From assembly GCF_000025685.1 (NCBI RefSeq), contig NC_013967.1, positions 2,400,001 to 2,432,000 on the forward strand: DNA of 32,000 nucleotides, read 5' to 3'. The notes beneath the pieces are model-generated. The model was given only the letters and a program-made list of their open reading frames with translations. It was not told the origin of the DNA and made no database searches. The stretch is from Haloferax volcanii DS2. Its GTDB lineage: Archaea > Halobacteriota > Halobacteria > Halobacteriales > Haloferacaceae. The stretch's first letter is position 1, and every line of letters starts with the position of its first letter. Of the stretch, positions 9,090 through 19,452 are shown in pieces. The translations under genes were made by a program, and so were the position numbers.

Positions 9090-9640
9090 TCGTCCTCCTG
9101 AAGGTTCCCGAGCACTTCGTCGAAGTGGTCGGGGAGGTTCGTGGCATCGAACTCTCCACTGTAGAGCGGCTCGTCGAGCTGCTCTGCGTACTCGGCGATG
9201 TGGACACCGCGGTTGCGGTCCCAGTCAGCGAGTACTGCATCGTTGTGGGGGATTTCGAGGCCAGCGTCGATAGCACCCTCCTGCACCGCGAAGACCTTGT
9301 TTCCGGGCGTGGCCGTGTTGAGGCCGATGTCGAGGACCGCTTTCTCGACGCCGGCGGCCAGCGCCCGCTTACCTGCCAGATACCCCGTGAGGTACGCGCT
9401 CGGGAGGTTGCCCGTGGGGGCTTCCCAGCCGTACTCGTCGAGGTCAGCAGAGGTCGCTGCAGCGTGGGTCTCGTCGCCCTGCGGGCCCGGAGTGACCAGC
9501 TGCGCCCTGACGTGCTTGTTGCTCACGCGAGCAACGAGGCGGGGCTTGCCCGATTTCAGCAGGCGCAACCTTTGATGGTAATCGGTCCGGACTTCGCGGC
9601 GACGCCGCATCGGAACCTTGTATCGTGGTCCGGTCGCCAT
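9086..9640 (-). CDS. rpl18: 50S ribosomal protein uL18
   Basis: [43 protein letters not shown]. Operon position agrees. Confidence 0.95.
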   Translation of the reverse strand: MATGPRYKVPMRRRREVRTDYHQRLRLLKSGKPRLVARVSNKHVRAQLVTPGPQGDETHAAATSADLDEYGWEAPTGNLPSAYLTGYLAGKRALAAGVEKAVLDIGLNTATPGNKVFAVQEGAIDAGLEIPHNDAVLADWDRNRGVHIAEYAEQLDEPLYSGEFDATNLPDHFDEVLGNLQEDE

Positions 9641-10095
9641 TATTGAATCTCCACCTGGTAGTTGTTCTGAATGTATGCTTCGAGCCGGTCCACGCTATCG
9701 AATTCGCCACCGGACGCCTTGTTGTAGAGCGTGCGGTACTGGGAACGGTCGAGCGTTCCGTCCTCGCGAAGCTCCTTCAGGCGACGGCGCTGGGCGCGGA
9801 TTCGGCTGACCCATGCGTCTTTCTTGTTCTGTCGAGCGCCGGAACGGCCCTTACGGGAGCCGGCACCCTTGCGGTGACCGTAGGAACGCTTGGCGGCGCG
9901 CTCGCGTGCGCGACCTTTCGAGTTGCCCTTGGCGTCCTTGGCGCGAATCGTGCCCTCGTCGACGAGTTCACGGATGTCTTCGCGCGTGATGGCCTCCGCG
10001 ATTTCGGCCTGTTCTTCGGGGTCGAACCACACTCGGCTCTTGCCGACGTCGAGGACGTCGGCCGCCATTCGCTTCTGCGCTTTGAGGTCCGTCAT
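9640..10095 (-). CDS. rpl19e: 50S ribosomal protein eL19
   Basis: [28 protein letters not shown]. Operon position agrees. Confidence 0.95.
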   Translation of the reverse strand: MTDLKAQKRMAADVLDVGKSRVWFDPEEQAEIAEAITREDIRELVDEGTIRAKDAKGNSKGRARERAAKRSYGHRKGAGSRKGRSGARQNKKDAWVSRIRAQRRRLKELREDGTLDRSQYRTLYNKASGGEFDSVDRLEAYIQNNYQVEIQ

Positions 10096-10802
10096 CAGTT
10101 ATCCACCTCGACTTCGACGTAGGTGGGGTTGAGGACGCGAATCTCGCGGTCCTCACACGCTTCCTCGATGCGCTCGCGCTTGCGCGCGCCGACCGAGGAG
10201 GCGATGCGAACTGCCTGCGTATCGCCGTCGATGCCTTCGAGGTCGTCCGTGTTGAACACGCGGACCTCCTCGAAGCCCGACGGGTGAAGGCCGCGGGCGG
10301 CCTTCGGCGTGCGGTAGCCCGCCTCGACCTTGGCGCCCTTGCCCTTGATGCCGATACGCTGTTTGGAGAGACCACCACGGGGGCGACGCCACGACGTGGG
10401 CGTGCGCTTCTTCTTGTGGTAGTCCTGCCGGTTGAACTGCGGCTTGCCCTCGCGGCGCTTCTGCGCCAGGGCTTCCGCGGTTTCGTCGTCGAGCTGGGGC
10501 TTCTTGTCCGCGTGACCGCGGGGCTGAAGCTCCGTCTCGACTGCTTCGGCTTCCTCTTCCTCAAGCTCGGCTTCGGACTCGTCTTCGACTTCGGCCTCGG
10601 CCTCGTCGGAGACCTCGAGGCCACCGACGTCGGCTTTGATACGCGCGGCGAGCGCGTTCCCGATGCCGTCGACCTCGGCCAGTTCGGACTGGCTCGCGGC
10701 CTGTACGTCGTCGACGCTCTCGAAGCCGGCTTCGCGGAGCGCGTCGGCCTTCGACGGGCCGACGCCGCTGATGTCTTCGAGTTCGGTGATTTCTTCCGAC
10801 AT
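10095..10802 (-). CDS. rpl32e: 50S ribosomal protein eL32 with an N-terminal helix-hairpin-helix extension
   Basis: The C-terminal roughly 130 aa is the L32e core. The N-terminal roughly 100 aa has two HhH-like GVG/GIG motifs plus an acidic linker. Confidence 0.93.
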   Translation of the reverse strand: MSEEITELEDISGVGPSKADALREAGFESVDDVQAASQSELAEVDGIGNALAARIKADVGGLEVSDEAEAEVEDESEAELEEEEAEAVETELQPRGHADKKPQLDDETAEALAQKRREGKPQFNRQDYHKKKRTPTSWRRPRGGLSKQRIGIKGKGAKVEAGYRTPKAARGLHPSGFEEVRVFNTDDLEGIDGDTQAVRIASSVGARKRERIEEACEDREIRVLNPTYVEVEVDN

Positions 10803-11338
10803 TAGGCATCACCAGTCTGCGGTTTCTGGGTGATGTACACGCCGTCGGTGAACACGCGAGTGTCCTTGTCCTTGACGCGGGTGAGTTGTTCGATGTCGGC
10901 GGCGGTCTGCCCGACGTCCTCCTTGTTGGAGCCCGTCAGGGTGAGTTCTTCGCCGTCGACCTGTACGTCCGTGTCGCCGCGAATCTGCGCTCGTCGCGGG
11001 GACTTCTCGCCGAGGAAGTTCTTGATGACCACGTCGCTGCCTTCCACGCTGACCTGCATCGGGAAGTGAGCGTAGTGGACTTCCATCTTGTACTCCCACC
11101 CCTCGGTCGCGCCGTGAAGCATGTTGTTCACGTGGCTCTCGAAGGTACCGATGGTCGCGTTGGTCTTCGCGTTCTCGACGTCGCTCTCGATGACGACAGC
11201 GCCGTCTTCGGCGGAGACCGAGACGTTCGGGTACCAGAGGCGCTTGGTGACGCTTCCGTTGGGGCCCTCGATGGTGAGCTCGAGGTTCTTGACCTCGGCG
11301 GATACCTCGTCCGGGATTTCGATTTCTATTCGGCTCAT
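10802..11338 (-). CDS. rpl6: 50S ribosomal protein uL6
   Basis: The ATG at 11338 gives [16 protein letters not shown]. The longer track start at 11371 would overlap rps8. Confidence 0.93.
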   Translation of the reverse strand: MSRIEIEIPDEVSAEVKNLELTIEGPNGSVTKRLWYPNVSVSAEDGAVVIESDVENAKTNATIGTFESHVNNMLHGATEGWEYKMEVHYAHFPMQVSVEGSDVVIKNFLGEKSPRRAQIRGDTDVQVDGEELTLTGSNKEDVGQTAADIEQLTRVKDKDTRVFTDGVYITQKPQTGDA

Positions 11339-11342
11339 TGTA

Positions 11343-11735
11343 CTAGTAGACGTAGGCGATGATCTGGCCACCGATGCCCTTCTCGCGGGCCTCGTAGTGG
11401 CTCATGACGCCGTGGCTCGTCGTGACGATGAGCGCGCCGTAGTCACGGGCGGGGAGGAATCGCTTCTCCCATTTCTCGAAGTCGTCGGCTCCGGCGGAAT
11501 ACCGGGGCTTGACGACGCCACAATCGTTGATTGCGCCTTTCAGTTCAACCTCGAACAGACCGGCCTTGCCGTCGTCGACGAACTCGAAGCCGTCGATGTA
11601 CCCGCGGTCGTAGAAGACCTCGAGGACGGAGCCGATGATGTTGGAGGCGGGCTGGATCTCGTGGGACAGGTGTCCGACGCTCTCGGCGTTGTCCACACCG
11701 GAGAGCGCGCTACTGAGTGGGTCGTTGTCAGCCAT
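11343..11735 (-). CDS. rps8: 30S ribosomal protein uS8
   Basis: 130 aa, [22 protein letters not shown]...IIAYVY. Confidence 0.95.
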   Translation of the reverse strand: MADNDPLSSALSGVDNAESVGHLSHEIQPASNIIGSVLEVFYDRGYIDGFEFVDDGKAGLFEVELKGAINDCGVVKPRYSAGADDFEKWEKRFLPARDYGALIVTTSHGVMSHYEAREKGIGGQIIAYVY

Positions 11736-11738
11736 TGC

Positions 11739-11915
11739 TTATCGGTACTTCTTGAATCCCATCTCGCGGGCGATCTCTCGGAAGCACTGGCGGCACAGGT
11801 TGATGTCGTACTTGCTGACAAGTCCCTGCTTTCGACCGCAGCGCCGGCACTCGTTCTCCTGGCCGGTGCGGCGGGACGCGTGCTCGCCCGTCTGTTCTGT
11901 TTCGCTATCGCTCAT
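11739..11915 (-). CDS. rps14: 30S ribosomal protein uS14 (type Z, zinc-binding)
   Basis: Absent from the ORF track (58 aa). Hand translation: [58 protein letters not shown], with CxxC...CxxC. ATGA overlap with the rpl5 stop. Confidence 0.92.
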
Positions 11916-12430
11916 TCTTCAACCTCCACGTCGAACGTGGACTCGATGAACGCGACGGCGTCCTCGACGGTCATCCGGTGGGACGACGGAATCTGACGGG
12001 AACGCTTGTCGCGCTTTTTCACTCGGTAGCCGGGGCGGACGAGGTTGACCGTCACGTCCAGCCCGTAGATACCGATCTGCGGGTCGTACTCCTGGCTCGG
12101 GAACTCCGTGTGCTCTTCGACGCCGAAGCCGAAGTTGCCGGTCTCGTCGAACGACGAGACAGAGAGGTCCGCGATGGGGAGTGCGGTTTCGAGGAACTCG
12201 ACGGCGGTGTCACCGCGAAGGGTGACCTTCGCGCCGACGGGTTCGCCGCGGCGAACGCCGAAGTCCTGGGAGGCGCGGCCGGAGATCGTGCGAACGCTCT
12301 CCTGACCGGTGATCTCTTCGAGGATGTCTTCGGCCTTGGCGAGTTCGCGACCACCTTCGCCGACGCCCATGTGGACGACGACCTTCTCGATGCGCGGGTC
12401 GCGCATCTCGTGGAAGTCAGCCTCGCTCAT
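11912..12430 (-). CDS. rpl5: 50S ribosomal protein uL5
   Basis: 172 aa, L5 sequence. Operon position agrees. Confidence 0.95.
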
Positions 12431-13170
12431 TCGTCATCACCGCCGTCAGCAGCCTGACGTGCTTCGGACTCGTCGTCCGAACCCGTGAAGTTCTCGTCGA
12501 TGACGACGACGTACTGTTCGACCGTCTCGAACTCGCCGTCTTCGGTCTCGACGACAACGGAGTTGTTTCCGCTGCCGGGCGTGACGATGATCTCGGTGAC
12601 CTCGCCGATTTCGCCGGCGTGCTGGCCGTTGACGGCCGTGACGAGCGCGCCTTCCTCGTAGGGGAAGTGCGCGACGACATCCTTCGTCTCGTTGTCGACG
12701 ACGATGGAGTCCTTGCCGCTGTACTCCGAGGCGTCCTCGACGACGAGGGTCGCCCCGTCGTGGAGCGTCAGCTGGAAGTCGCCACCGCCGACCTGCGTCT
12801 TGTTCACGATCTTACCGAGACGGCTGGATGCCGAGTCGGCGTCGATGGGGGTCAGCGCCAGGCGGCCTCCCTCGTCGGGGAAGACGCGGTAGTACTCCTC
12901 TCGCTGGACGAACGCCAGGATGTCGAACATCCCGATGGGACGGCGGACGTCGGAGGCCACGTCGCCGTTGACCAGAATGCTCTGGTGGTTGAGGGCGTAC
13001 TGGGCCTCCTTCTTCGAGTCCACGTAGCCGAGCACGTCGCGCAGGACGATGAGGAGGGGAACCCCCTCTTCGCCGTGCGGACCCGCTCCGGCCTTGACCG
13101 TGAACGTGCCTGTCTTGCGCTCGACCGGCCAGGACTTCGGTACGGACAGTCGCTTCTGGTGTCGAGTCAT
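12427..13170 (-). CDS. rps4e: 30S ribosomal protein eS4
   Basis: [33 protein letters not shown]. Confidence 0.95.
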
Positions 13171-13523
13171 TCGTTATCCTCCTTGAGTCGGGCCTCGCGC
13201 ACGTCGTCTTCGAGGTCCAGTTCCGTCACGCGGACGTTACTGGCCTGAAGGGGGCGTGGGACCTCCTCGCCGTCGGCTTTCTCAACGACGACACCGTCGA
13301 CGTAGATGACGGCGTCGGTGAGGTCGACCTCGGTGACTTCGCTTTCTTCGCCGGCGAAGTCGCCGCGGAGCACCTCGACCGTGTCGCCCGCGTTGACGCG
13401 GACGTTACGGCTGCCGTACTCCTCGCGGAGGTCGGCCGACAGCGGTGCGCGGACCTGCTTTTGCCGCTCGTGGAGCGGCGCGTCGCGAATCTGGGTTCGC
13501 TGTTTGCGCGGTTGTCGAGTCAT
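13167..13523 (-). CDS. rpl24: 50S ribosomal protein uL24
   Basis: 118 aa with a KOW motif region. Operon position agrees. Confidence 0.95.
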   Translation of the reverse strand: MTRQPRKQRTQIRDAPLHERQKQVRAPLSADLREEYGSRNVRVNAGDTVEVLRGDFAGEESEVTEVDLTDAVIYVDGVVVEKADGEEVPRPLQASNVRVTELDLEDDVREARLKEDNE

Positions 13524-13524
13524 A

Positions 13525-13923
13525 CTATACGATCATCGTAGCCGTCGATGCGATACTCCCGAAGCGCTCGGCGACTTCGCGTGCGACGGGACCCTTGATT
13601 TCGGTCCCGCGAGGCTCTTCCATCTCGTCGATGATGACGGCGGCGTTGTCCTCGAACTTCACACGCGTGCCATCGGGCCGGCGGATGGATTTCCGCTGGC
13701 GGACGATGACCGCTTCGAGCACCTGGCGGCGCATCTCGGGGGTACCTTTGGTGACCGAGACGGTCACCTTGTCCCCGATGCCTGCCTTGGGGTGGCGGTT
13801 CTTCGTGCCGGAGTAACCCGCGACGCTGATAATCTTCAGTTCACGAGCGCCGGTGTTGTCGGCGCACGTGACCAGCGAGCCACGGGCGACACCCTTGGTG
13901 ATGTCCGCTTTGAGCGCTTCCAT
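13525..13923 (-). CDS. rpl14: 50S ribosomal protein uL14
   Basis: The ATG at 13923 ([11 protein letters not shown]...) forms an ATGA overlap with the rps17 stop. The track start at 13926 is a GTG one codon upstream. Confidence 0.93.
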   Translation of the reverse strand: MEALKADITKGVARGSLVTCADNTGARELKIISVAGYSGTKNRHPKAGIGDKVTVSVTKGTPEMRRQVLEAVIVRQRKSIRRPDGTRVKFEDNAAVIIDEMEEPRGTEIKGPVAREVAERFGSIASTATMIV

Positions 13924-14267
13924 CACTCGTCACCTCCCATAATCTCGACGACGACGTGAGATTTCGTCTTCGAGAGAGGTCGGGTCTCCGCAATCGTTAC
14001 TTCGTCACCGACAGCGACGTCGTCGAGCACGCCCGGCACGTGTGCCGGGATGCGGGAACGTCGCTTCATGTAGCGGTCGTACTTCGGAACGAATACGTCG
14101 TACTCCCGCTCGACGATGACGGTCTTTGCCATGTCCGTCGAGACGACCGTCCCCTCCAGGGTCTGACCCCGGACGGAGAGCGAGCCGTAGAACGGACATT
14201 TTTCGTAGTCGTAAGCCTCGGAATCGTCAGGTTCCGGAGGCATTGGAACGTCAAGTCCTATCGCCAT
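13923..14267 (-). CDS. rps17: 30S ribosomal protein uS17
   Basis: 114 aa, S17 OB-fold sequence. Operon position agrees. Confidence 0.95.
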   Translation of the reverse strand: MAIGLDVPMPPEPDDSEAYDYEKCPFYGSLSVRGQTLEGTVVSTDMAKTVIVEREYDVFVPKYDRYMKRRSRIPAHVPGVLDDVAVGDEVTIAETRPLSKTKSHVVVEIMGGDE

Positions 14268-14689
14268 TTCGAGTCACCAGTAGTTTCGGTGCGCAGGGCG
14301 GGTCGTGAGAGCAGTTGTGCGCCATCCACCGTAACGTAGGCCACGCCCTCGCAATTCCCCGAGGGGGAAGCCGCCGATGATGAGTCGGCGAGCCGATCAG
14401 ACTGACTGGCATCAAATCCGCCAGTAGTATCCGACCGAAGTTTGGACGCGGTCCCCGACGCCTTCGCAGCGTCGGCGGCTTCATCTGTACGCGGAATCGC
14501 AAATTCGAAGGTCGCCCCTCGTTTTGGCACCTGCCGCACCCGAGACCCGTCGTCGACCATGAACGTGTGCATCGTCTCGACGACGATGCGACCGGCTATT
14601 CCGACGAGGTCGGGGTTCGCCGCGTCGACGACCTCCACGTGGAGGCCGTTGAGTTCGTGTCGCGTGAGGGTCTCGGGTGTCAGTGGCAT
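14258..14689 (-). CDS. rnp1: Ribonuclease P protein component 1 (Rpp29/Pop4)
   Basis: Sm-like core [33 protein letters not shown]...[10 protein letters not shown]...[10 protein letters not shown], at the canonical position between L29 and S17. Contains an internal low-complexity insertion of about 50 aa. Confidence 0.88.
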   Translation of the reverse strand: MPLTPETLTRHELNGLHVEVVDAANPDLVGIAGRIVVETMHTFMVDDGSRVRQVPKRGATFEFAIPRTDEAADAAKASGTASKLRSDTTGGFDASQSDRLADSSSAASPSGNCEGVAYVTVDGAQLLSRPALRTETTGDSKWR

Positions 14690-14901
14690 TATTCTTCGTC
14701 GAGGTCGCCTTCTTCGCCCTGAATCGTCTTGATTCGGGCGATGGTCTTCTTCAGTTCAGAGACGCGACCGGGGTTCTCCGGCGCGCCACCCGCGGCCTGC
14801 ACGGCCTTCGCGTTGAGCAGCTCCGTCTCGAGATCTTCGAGTTCGGCGGTGCGCTCTGCGGGCGTCATGTCGCGAATCTCTTCGGTGTAGAGGATCGCCA
14901 T
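14689..14901 (-). CDS. rpl29: 50S ribosomal protein uL29
   Basis: 70 aa, [32 protein letters not shown]. Confidence 0.95.
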   Translation of the reverse strand: MAILYTEEIRDMTPAERTAELEDLETELLNAKAVQAAGGAPENPGRVSELKKTIARIKTIQGEEGDLDEE

Positions 14902-15816
14902 TTATTCTTCCTCCGTTTCGTCGTCGTCTTCGTCTTCCATCTCCGCGACGAGGTCCGCCGCCTCTTCGGCGACGTCTTCGTCGAGTTCTTCGTCGTCGTC
15001 GACGACTTCCTCGACTGCTTCCTCCTCGTCGTCGGCATCGTCGACGACTTCCTCTTCGACCGCTTCGACGGCCGCTTCCTCGACGACGTCTTCGTCGACG
15101 GCGTCCGTCTCGGCGTCGGCGTCGGCGTCCTCGGAGACGTCCGGAACCTCTTCCGGCTCCTCTTCGAGGAGGTCCTCGACGCTTTCGGTCTCTTCGATCT
15201 GTTCGACCGCGTCGGGGTTGGCGTCTTCCTCGACTTCGAAGTCGTCGGGGAGGCGGGCACCCGGCGGGATGATTTTGACCGTCACGCCGATGGTACCGAG
15301 CTTCATGACTGCGACGCCCTGGCCCTCGTCGACGATCTCCTGTGCGGGCTCGCCGTTGTGCTTGATGTAGCCGCGGTTGAACTTCTCGACACGGGAGCGA
15401 GCGCCCGTGACCTTACCGGAGAGGACGATTTCGGCACCGAGTGCGCCGGCGTCCATGATGCGGTCGATGGTCGTGTGGCCCGCCTTACGGAAGTACCAAC
15501 CGCGCTCGAGCGCGTTGGCGAGGCGGTCGGCGACGATCCGGGCGTTGAGGTCCGGTTCGTCGACTTCCTGCACGTCGATCTGGGGGTCGTCGAGGTTGAA
15601 CCGCTCTTCGAGTTCGCGGGTGACCTTACGGATGTTCTTCCCGCCTTTCCCGATGACCATCCCGGGCTTTTCGGCCTTGAGCACGATCTGCGTGCCCATC
15701 GGCGTCTTGGCGACGTCCATGCCGCCGTAGCCCGCTCGACCGAGCTCTTCTGCGAAGAACTCGTCGATCTGGGACCGCTGCAGTCCGTTCTCGATGAATT
15801 GGTGTTCGTCAGCCAT
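14902..15816 (-). CDS. rps3: 30S ribosomal protein uS3 with a long acidic C-terminal tail
   Basis: KH-domain S3 core of about 200 aa followed by an Asp/Glu-rich tail of about 100 aa. Confidence 0.95.
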   Translation of the reverse strand: MADEHQFIENGLQRSQIDEFFAEELGRAGYGGMDVAKTPMGTQIVLKAEKPGMVIGKGGKNIRKVTRELEERFNLDDPQIDVQEVDEPDLNARIVADRLANALERGWYFRKAGHTTIDRIMDAGALGAEIVLSGKVTGARSRVEKFNRGYIKHNGEPAQEIVDEGQGVAVMKLGTIGVTVKIIPPGARLPDDFEVEEDANPDAVEQIEETESVEDLLEEEPEEVPDVSEDADADAETDAVDEDVVEEAAVEAVEEEVVDDADDEEEAVEEVVDDDEELDEDVAEEAADLVAEMEDEDDDETEEE

Positions 15817-16277
15817 TATTCCTCGACCTCTTCGATGATGAGTTCGACGTCACAGATTGGGGTGTTCCACGGGTCCGCCCGACCGAAGGCGCGGGGCTTG
15901 CGACCCTGACGCTCGCCGACCTTGTGGGCGGCGACGTGCTTGATCTCCATGGCCGGTCCGTCGAACCCCTGTTCGGTCGCGTTGTTGCGAACGTTTTCGA
16001 GGAGTTCGAGGAACGCCTTGGACGCCTTCTCGGGGTACCGTCCCGCGTCCCAGCCGTCGATGTCGCTTCGGTGACCGACGCCGGAGTTGTGCTGCTTGAA
16101 CGGAACCGACCGCTCGCCGTCGATGACGGCTTCGAGGTACTCCTCTGCGTCGGCGACGGGCATCCCCTTGATGGCGCGGGAGATGGCCTTGCTGTGCTTG
16201 ATGCTGATGGGCCGGTCCCGGAGCATACCCTTGGCCGTGGTGTCCGGGTCGGCCTCGACGCTGTAGTTGATTCCCAT
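15816..16277 (-). CDS. rpl22: 50S ribosomal protein uL22
   Basis: 153 aa, L22 sequence. Confidence 0.95.
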   Translation of the reverse strand: MGINYSVEADPDTTAKGMLRDRPISIKHSKAISRAIKGMPVADAEEYLEAVIDGERSVPFKQHNSGVGHRSDIDGWDAGRYPEKASKAFLELLENVRNNATEQGFDGPAMEIKHVAAHKVGERQGRKPRAFGRADPWNTPICDVELIIEEVEE

Positions 16278-16280
16278 GGT

Positions 16281-16703
16281 TTACTTGAGGGGCACGAACT
16301 TCGAAGACCGGGTCGCGCCGATACCGGCCTGACCGTGCTCGACCGAGCTACGGGTCAGCTGGAACTCGCCCAGGTAGTGGCCGATCATCTCGGGCTGAAT
16401 CTGGGTGCGCTCGAACTCCTGACCGGTGTAGACGGCGAAGGTGAGACCGACGAATTCGGGGAGAATCGGCATGTCGCGCAGGTGCGTTCGAATGGGCGCG
16501 TTGGCCGTCTCCTCTTCCGTCTTGTCCTGAGCCTTCGCGAGCAGCTTCTCGTGCTCGGCCGACAGGCCTCGGGTGATGGTTCGCCGCTGACGAGCGGGGA
16601 GCAGTTCCGCGACCTCGTCGAGCTCCATCTCCTGCAGCTCGTCGAGCGTGTAGCCGCGGTAGGTGAACTCACCTTCGCGGCCGGTGCGGTATTGCGTACT
16701 CAT
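16281..16703 (-). CDS. rps19: 30S ribosomal protein uS19
   Basis: 140 aa, S19 sequence ([11 protein letters not shown]). Confidence 0.95.
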   Translation of the reverse strand: MSTQYRTGREGEFTYRGYTLDELQEMELDEVAELLPARQRRTITRGLSAEHEKLLAKAQDKTEEETANAPIRTHLRDMPILPEFVGLTFAVYTGQEFERTQIQPEMIGHYLGEFQLTRSSVEHGQAGIGATRSSKFVPLK

Positions 16704-16705
16704 GG

Positions 16706-17431
16706 TTACTTACCTCCCTTGCCACCGCGACCGGTGCGTTTGGAGGCGATGTCACCGACCTTCCGGCCCGGCGGAGCGTTCCGCGAGACGGACTTCGGCT
16801 GACCGGGGTGCTGCCGGCCGCCGCCACCGAACGGGTGGTCGACGGCGTTCATAGCAACACCACGCACGCGCGGCCACTTGATACCGCGCGCTTTCATCTT
16901 GTGGTACTTCTTCCCTGCCTTGACGAACGGCTTCTCCGTGCGGCCGCCACCGGCGACGACGCCGATGGTGGCTCGGCAGTTGGGGTTGAGGCGCTTGACC
17001 TCGCCCGACGGGAGCTTCACGATAGCGACCTTGCGGTCGTGCGAGAGCAGCTGCGCGCTCACGCCGGAGGCGCGGGCGAACTTCCCGCCGTCGCCGGGCT
17101 GGTGCTCGACGTTACAGACGGGAACACCCTCGGGAATCTCGGCGAGCGGCAGCGTGTTGCCGGGCTTGATCTCGGCGGAGACGCCGATCTGAAGCTCTTC
17201 GCCGACGCTGATGCCCTCGGGCGCGAGAATCATGCGCTGTTCGTCCTCGAACTCGACGAGGGCGATGGGCGCACTGCGTGCGGGGTCGTGCTCGATGCCG
17301 ACGACCGTCCCCGAGATGGTGTCTTTGTCTTCGGACTTCTTGTGCGACAGTTCGGCCTTGTAGCGGTGCGACGGCGCCCGGAACGTGGACGTACCGCGAC
17401 CGCGACGCTGGCCCTGAATTCGGCGTCCCAT
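16706..17431 (-). CDS. rpl2: 50S ribosomal protein uL2
   Basis: 241 aa, [25 protein letters not shown].... Confidence 0.96.
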   Translation of the reverse strand: MGRRIQGQRRGRGTSTFRAPSHRYKAELSHKKSEDKDTISGTVVGIEHDPARSAPIALVEFEDEQRMILAPEGISVGEELQIGVSAEIKPGNTLPLAEIPEGVPVCNVEHQPGDGGKFARASGVSAQLLSHDRKVAIVKLPSGEVKRLNPNCRATIGVVAGGGRTEKPFVKAGKKYHKMKARGIKWPRVRGVAMNAVDHPFGGGGRQHPGQPKSVSRNAPPGRKVGDIASKRTGRGGKGGK

Positions 17432-17433
17432 GG

Positions 17434-17685
17434 TTAGAACACCCCGATACGCGACGCGACTTCCTGCGCGTCGTCGTCTTCAGAGAGACGAACTGTTGCT
17501 TTCTTTTTGCCTTTCATCGTGACCTGCGTGTTGACCTTCTCGACGGTCACGTCGTAGCGCGACTCGACTTCCGACTTGACGTCGGACTTCGTCGAGTCGA
17601 TGTGGACGATGAACTGGAGCTTGTTGTCGAAGTCCATCTGGTTCATCGCCTTCTCCGTGACCAGCGGGTGTTCGATGATGCTCAT
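17434..17685 (-). CDS. rpl23: 50S ribosomal protein uL23
   Basis: 83 aa, L23 sequence. Confidence 0.95.
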   Translation of the reverse strand: MSIIEHPLVTEKAMNQMDFDNKLQFIVHIDSTKSDVKSEVESRYDVTVEKVNTQVTMKGKKKATVRLSEDDDAQEVASRIGVF

Positions 17686-18428
17686 CGTTCTGCGACCTCC
17701 TCGAGCGCGCTCTCGGTGAACAGCGTGAGGCGACCGGCGTGGGTGCCGGGCGCGAGGTCCTCGGCGGAGACGTTCGCCGCGGTGGCGACGTCGACGCCGG
17801 CGAGGTTGCGAGCCGCCTTCGAGGGCTCGTCGGCCGTCACGAAGAGGATGGACTTCGGACGGGTGTACTTGCGACCGCGGAGCTTGCCCTGGCCGCTCTT
17901 GACCTTCTTGTTCTCCTCGGAGCGCTCGATGTCGTCGGAGACGCCGAGCGACTGCAGGAGGTCGACGACCTCCTGCGTCTTGACGAGGTCCTCGAAGTCG
18001 TCGGAGACGACGAGGGGGAGCTCGACGTCGTCGTCGAAGCGGTGACCGCGCTCGGCGACCAGCTCGGGGTCCGTCGTGGCGGCGAGCGCCGAGCGGACGG
18101 CGAGCTTACGCTCCTTCGTGTTAATCTCCTTCCCCTGGTCCTTCTCGGCCTTCGGCGGGTGAGCGCGACGGCCGGAGACGGCGTGCGGGACGCGTCGGGC
18201 GACGCCGTTCTGGCGTGGGTCGTGGGACATCCCACGGCCGCTGCCCATGGACTCTGCCGGGGTTCGAAGTCGGGCGTAGGGGTCGGCACCGTACGGCTGT
18301 TTTCGGTTTGCCTGCGCGGCGATGACGGCACGCTTGATGAGGTCCGGACGGTAAGCCGTCTCGAAGACCTCGGGCAGGTCGATGCTGCCCGCGTCGTCGC
18401 CGTTCAGGTCTCGGATAGTTGCCTGCAT
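17682..18428 (-). CDS. rpl4: 50S ribosomal protein uL4
   Basis: 248 aa, L4 sequence. Confidence 0.95.
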   Translation of the reverse strand: MQATIRDLNGDDAGSIDLPEVFETAYRPDLIKRAVIAAQANRKQPYGADPYARLRTPAESMGSGRGMSHDPRQNGVARRVPHAVSGRRAHPPKAEKDQGKEINTKERKLAVRSALAATTDPELVAERGHRFDDDVELPLVVSDDFEDLVKTQEVVDLLQSLGVSDDIERSEENKKVKSGQGKLRGRKYTRPKSILFVTADEPSKAARNLAGVDVATAANVSAEDLAPGTHAGRLTLFTESALEEVAER

Positions 18429-18431
18429 GGT

Positions 18432-19448
18432 TTAACCCTGGTTCGATGCGGTAGAGACGTAGCGCACCTCGGGGTCGAGGCGCGGCTGGTCGTTCGGCCG
18501 GATGGCCGGGCGGAACCGCAGGAGGCGCTTGTTGGGGCCCGGCAGCGAGCCCTTGATGAGCGCGTACGAGCCGTCGACCTCGCCGTAGTTGACGAAGCCA
18601 CCTTCGACGGAGGCGTCGTCGCCCTCACCGAGGTCGATGAGGCGCTTGTTGAGCTCGGTGCGCTGGTGGTAACCGGTCTGACCGAGCTGCGGAACCGTAG
18701 AGCGGACACGGGACGGGTTCCAGGGGCCGAGGTTGCCAATACGGCGTCTCCAGCCCTGGCGGGCGTGCTTGCCCTTACGCTTCTGGACGCCCCATCGCTT
18801 GACGGGACCCTGCGTACCCTTACCCTTCGTGACTCCCGCGGCGTCGAGGTACTCGCCGGCGCGGAACACGTCGGACATCTCGTGTTCGCCGCCCTCGGCA
18901 ACGAGGTCGAGGGCGAAGTCGGCGCGCTCCACCATGGAGCCGCCGCCGACGCGAGTCTCCATCACGTCGGGCTTCTTCTTGGGCACGTTCGCGAGCTCGG
19001 AGGGCACCGTGTGCGTGATGACGCGGAGGTCATCGACTTCGCCGGCCTCGACGGCCTCGCGAAGCGCGTCGGCGTCCGAGTCGAACGTGTCTTCTGCCGG
19101 CAGGTCGAGGACGCGGTCGAGTTCGTCGTGGAACTCGCCCGCCCAGACCTCGGTCTGCGGCTTCATACCGTACGGCGTCTGCTCGTAGGCGCGAAGGGCG
19201 ACGGCGCGCATCGGCGGCGTCTCGACGACGGTCACCGGGACGGACTCCTCCATTCCTTCGTGGGGGGAGTCTGCCTCGTCGTTGACCATCATCACGTGGG
19301 TCATACCGGCCTTGTAACCGGCGAAGCCCTGCAGCGCTGGGGAGCCGTCGTCGGACGGCCACGACTTGATGCGTGGAACCTCCTTGACTGCTCGCTTGCG
19401 CGGGCTGAAGCCCATCGAGCCTTTTCGTGGTCTGCTTGGTTGTGGCAT
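18432..19448 (-). CDS. rpl3: 50S ribosomal protein uL3
   Basis: 338 aa, MPQPSRPRKGSMGFSPRKRA.... Confidence 0.96.
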   Translation of the reverse strand: MPQPSRPRKGSMGFSPRKRAVKEVPRIKSWPSDDGSPALQGFAGYKAGMTHVMMVNDEADSPHEGMEESVPVTVVETPPMRAVALRAYEQTPYGMKPQTEVWAGEFHDELDRVLDLPAEDTFDSDADALREAVEAGEVDDLRVITHTVPSELANVPKKKPDVMETRVGGGSMVERADFALDLVAEGGEHEMSDVFRAGEYLDAAGVTKGKGTQGPVKRWGVQKRKGKHARQGWRRRIGNLGPWNPSRVRSTVPQLGQTGYHQRTELNKRLIDLGEGDDASVEGGFVNYGEVDGSYALIKGSLPGPNKRLLRFRPAIRPNDQPRLDPEVRYVSTASNQG

Positions 19449-19452
19449 GGAT

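Noticed and set aside
14902-15260. Apparent repetitive GAC/GAG/GTC DNA that suggests a tandem repeat
   Set aside because: It is the coding sequence of the acidic C-terminal tail of ribosomal protein S3. This is low-complexity protein coding, not a DNA repeat element.
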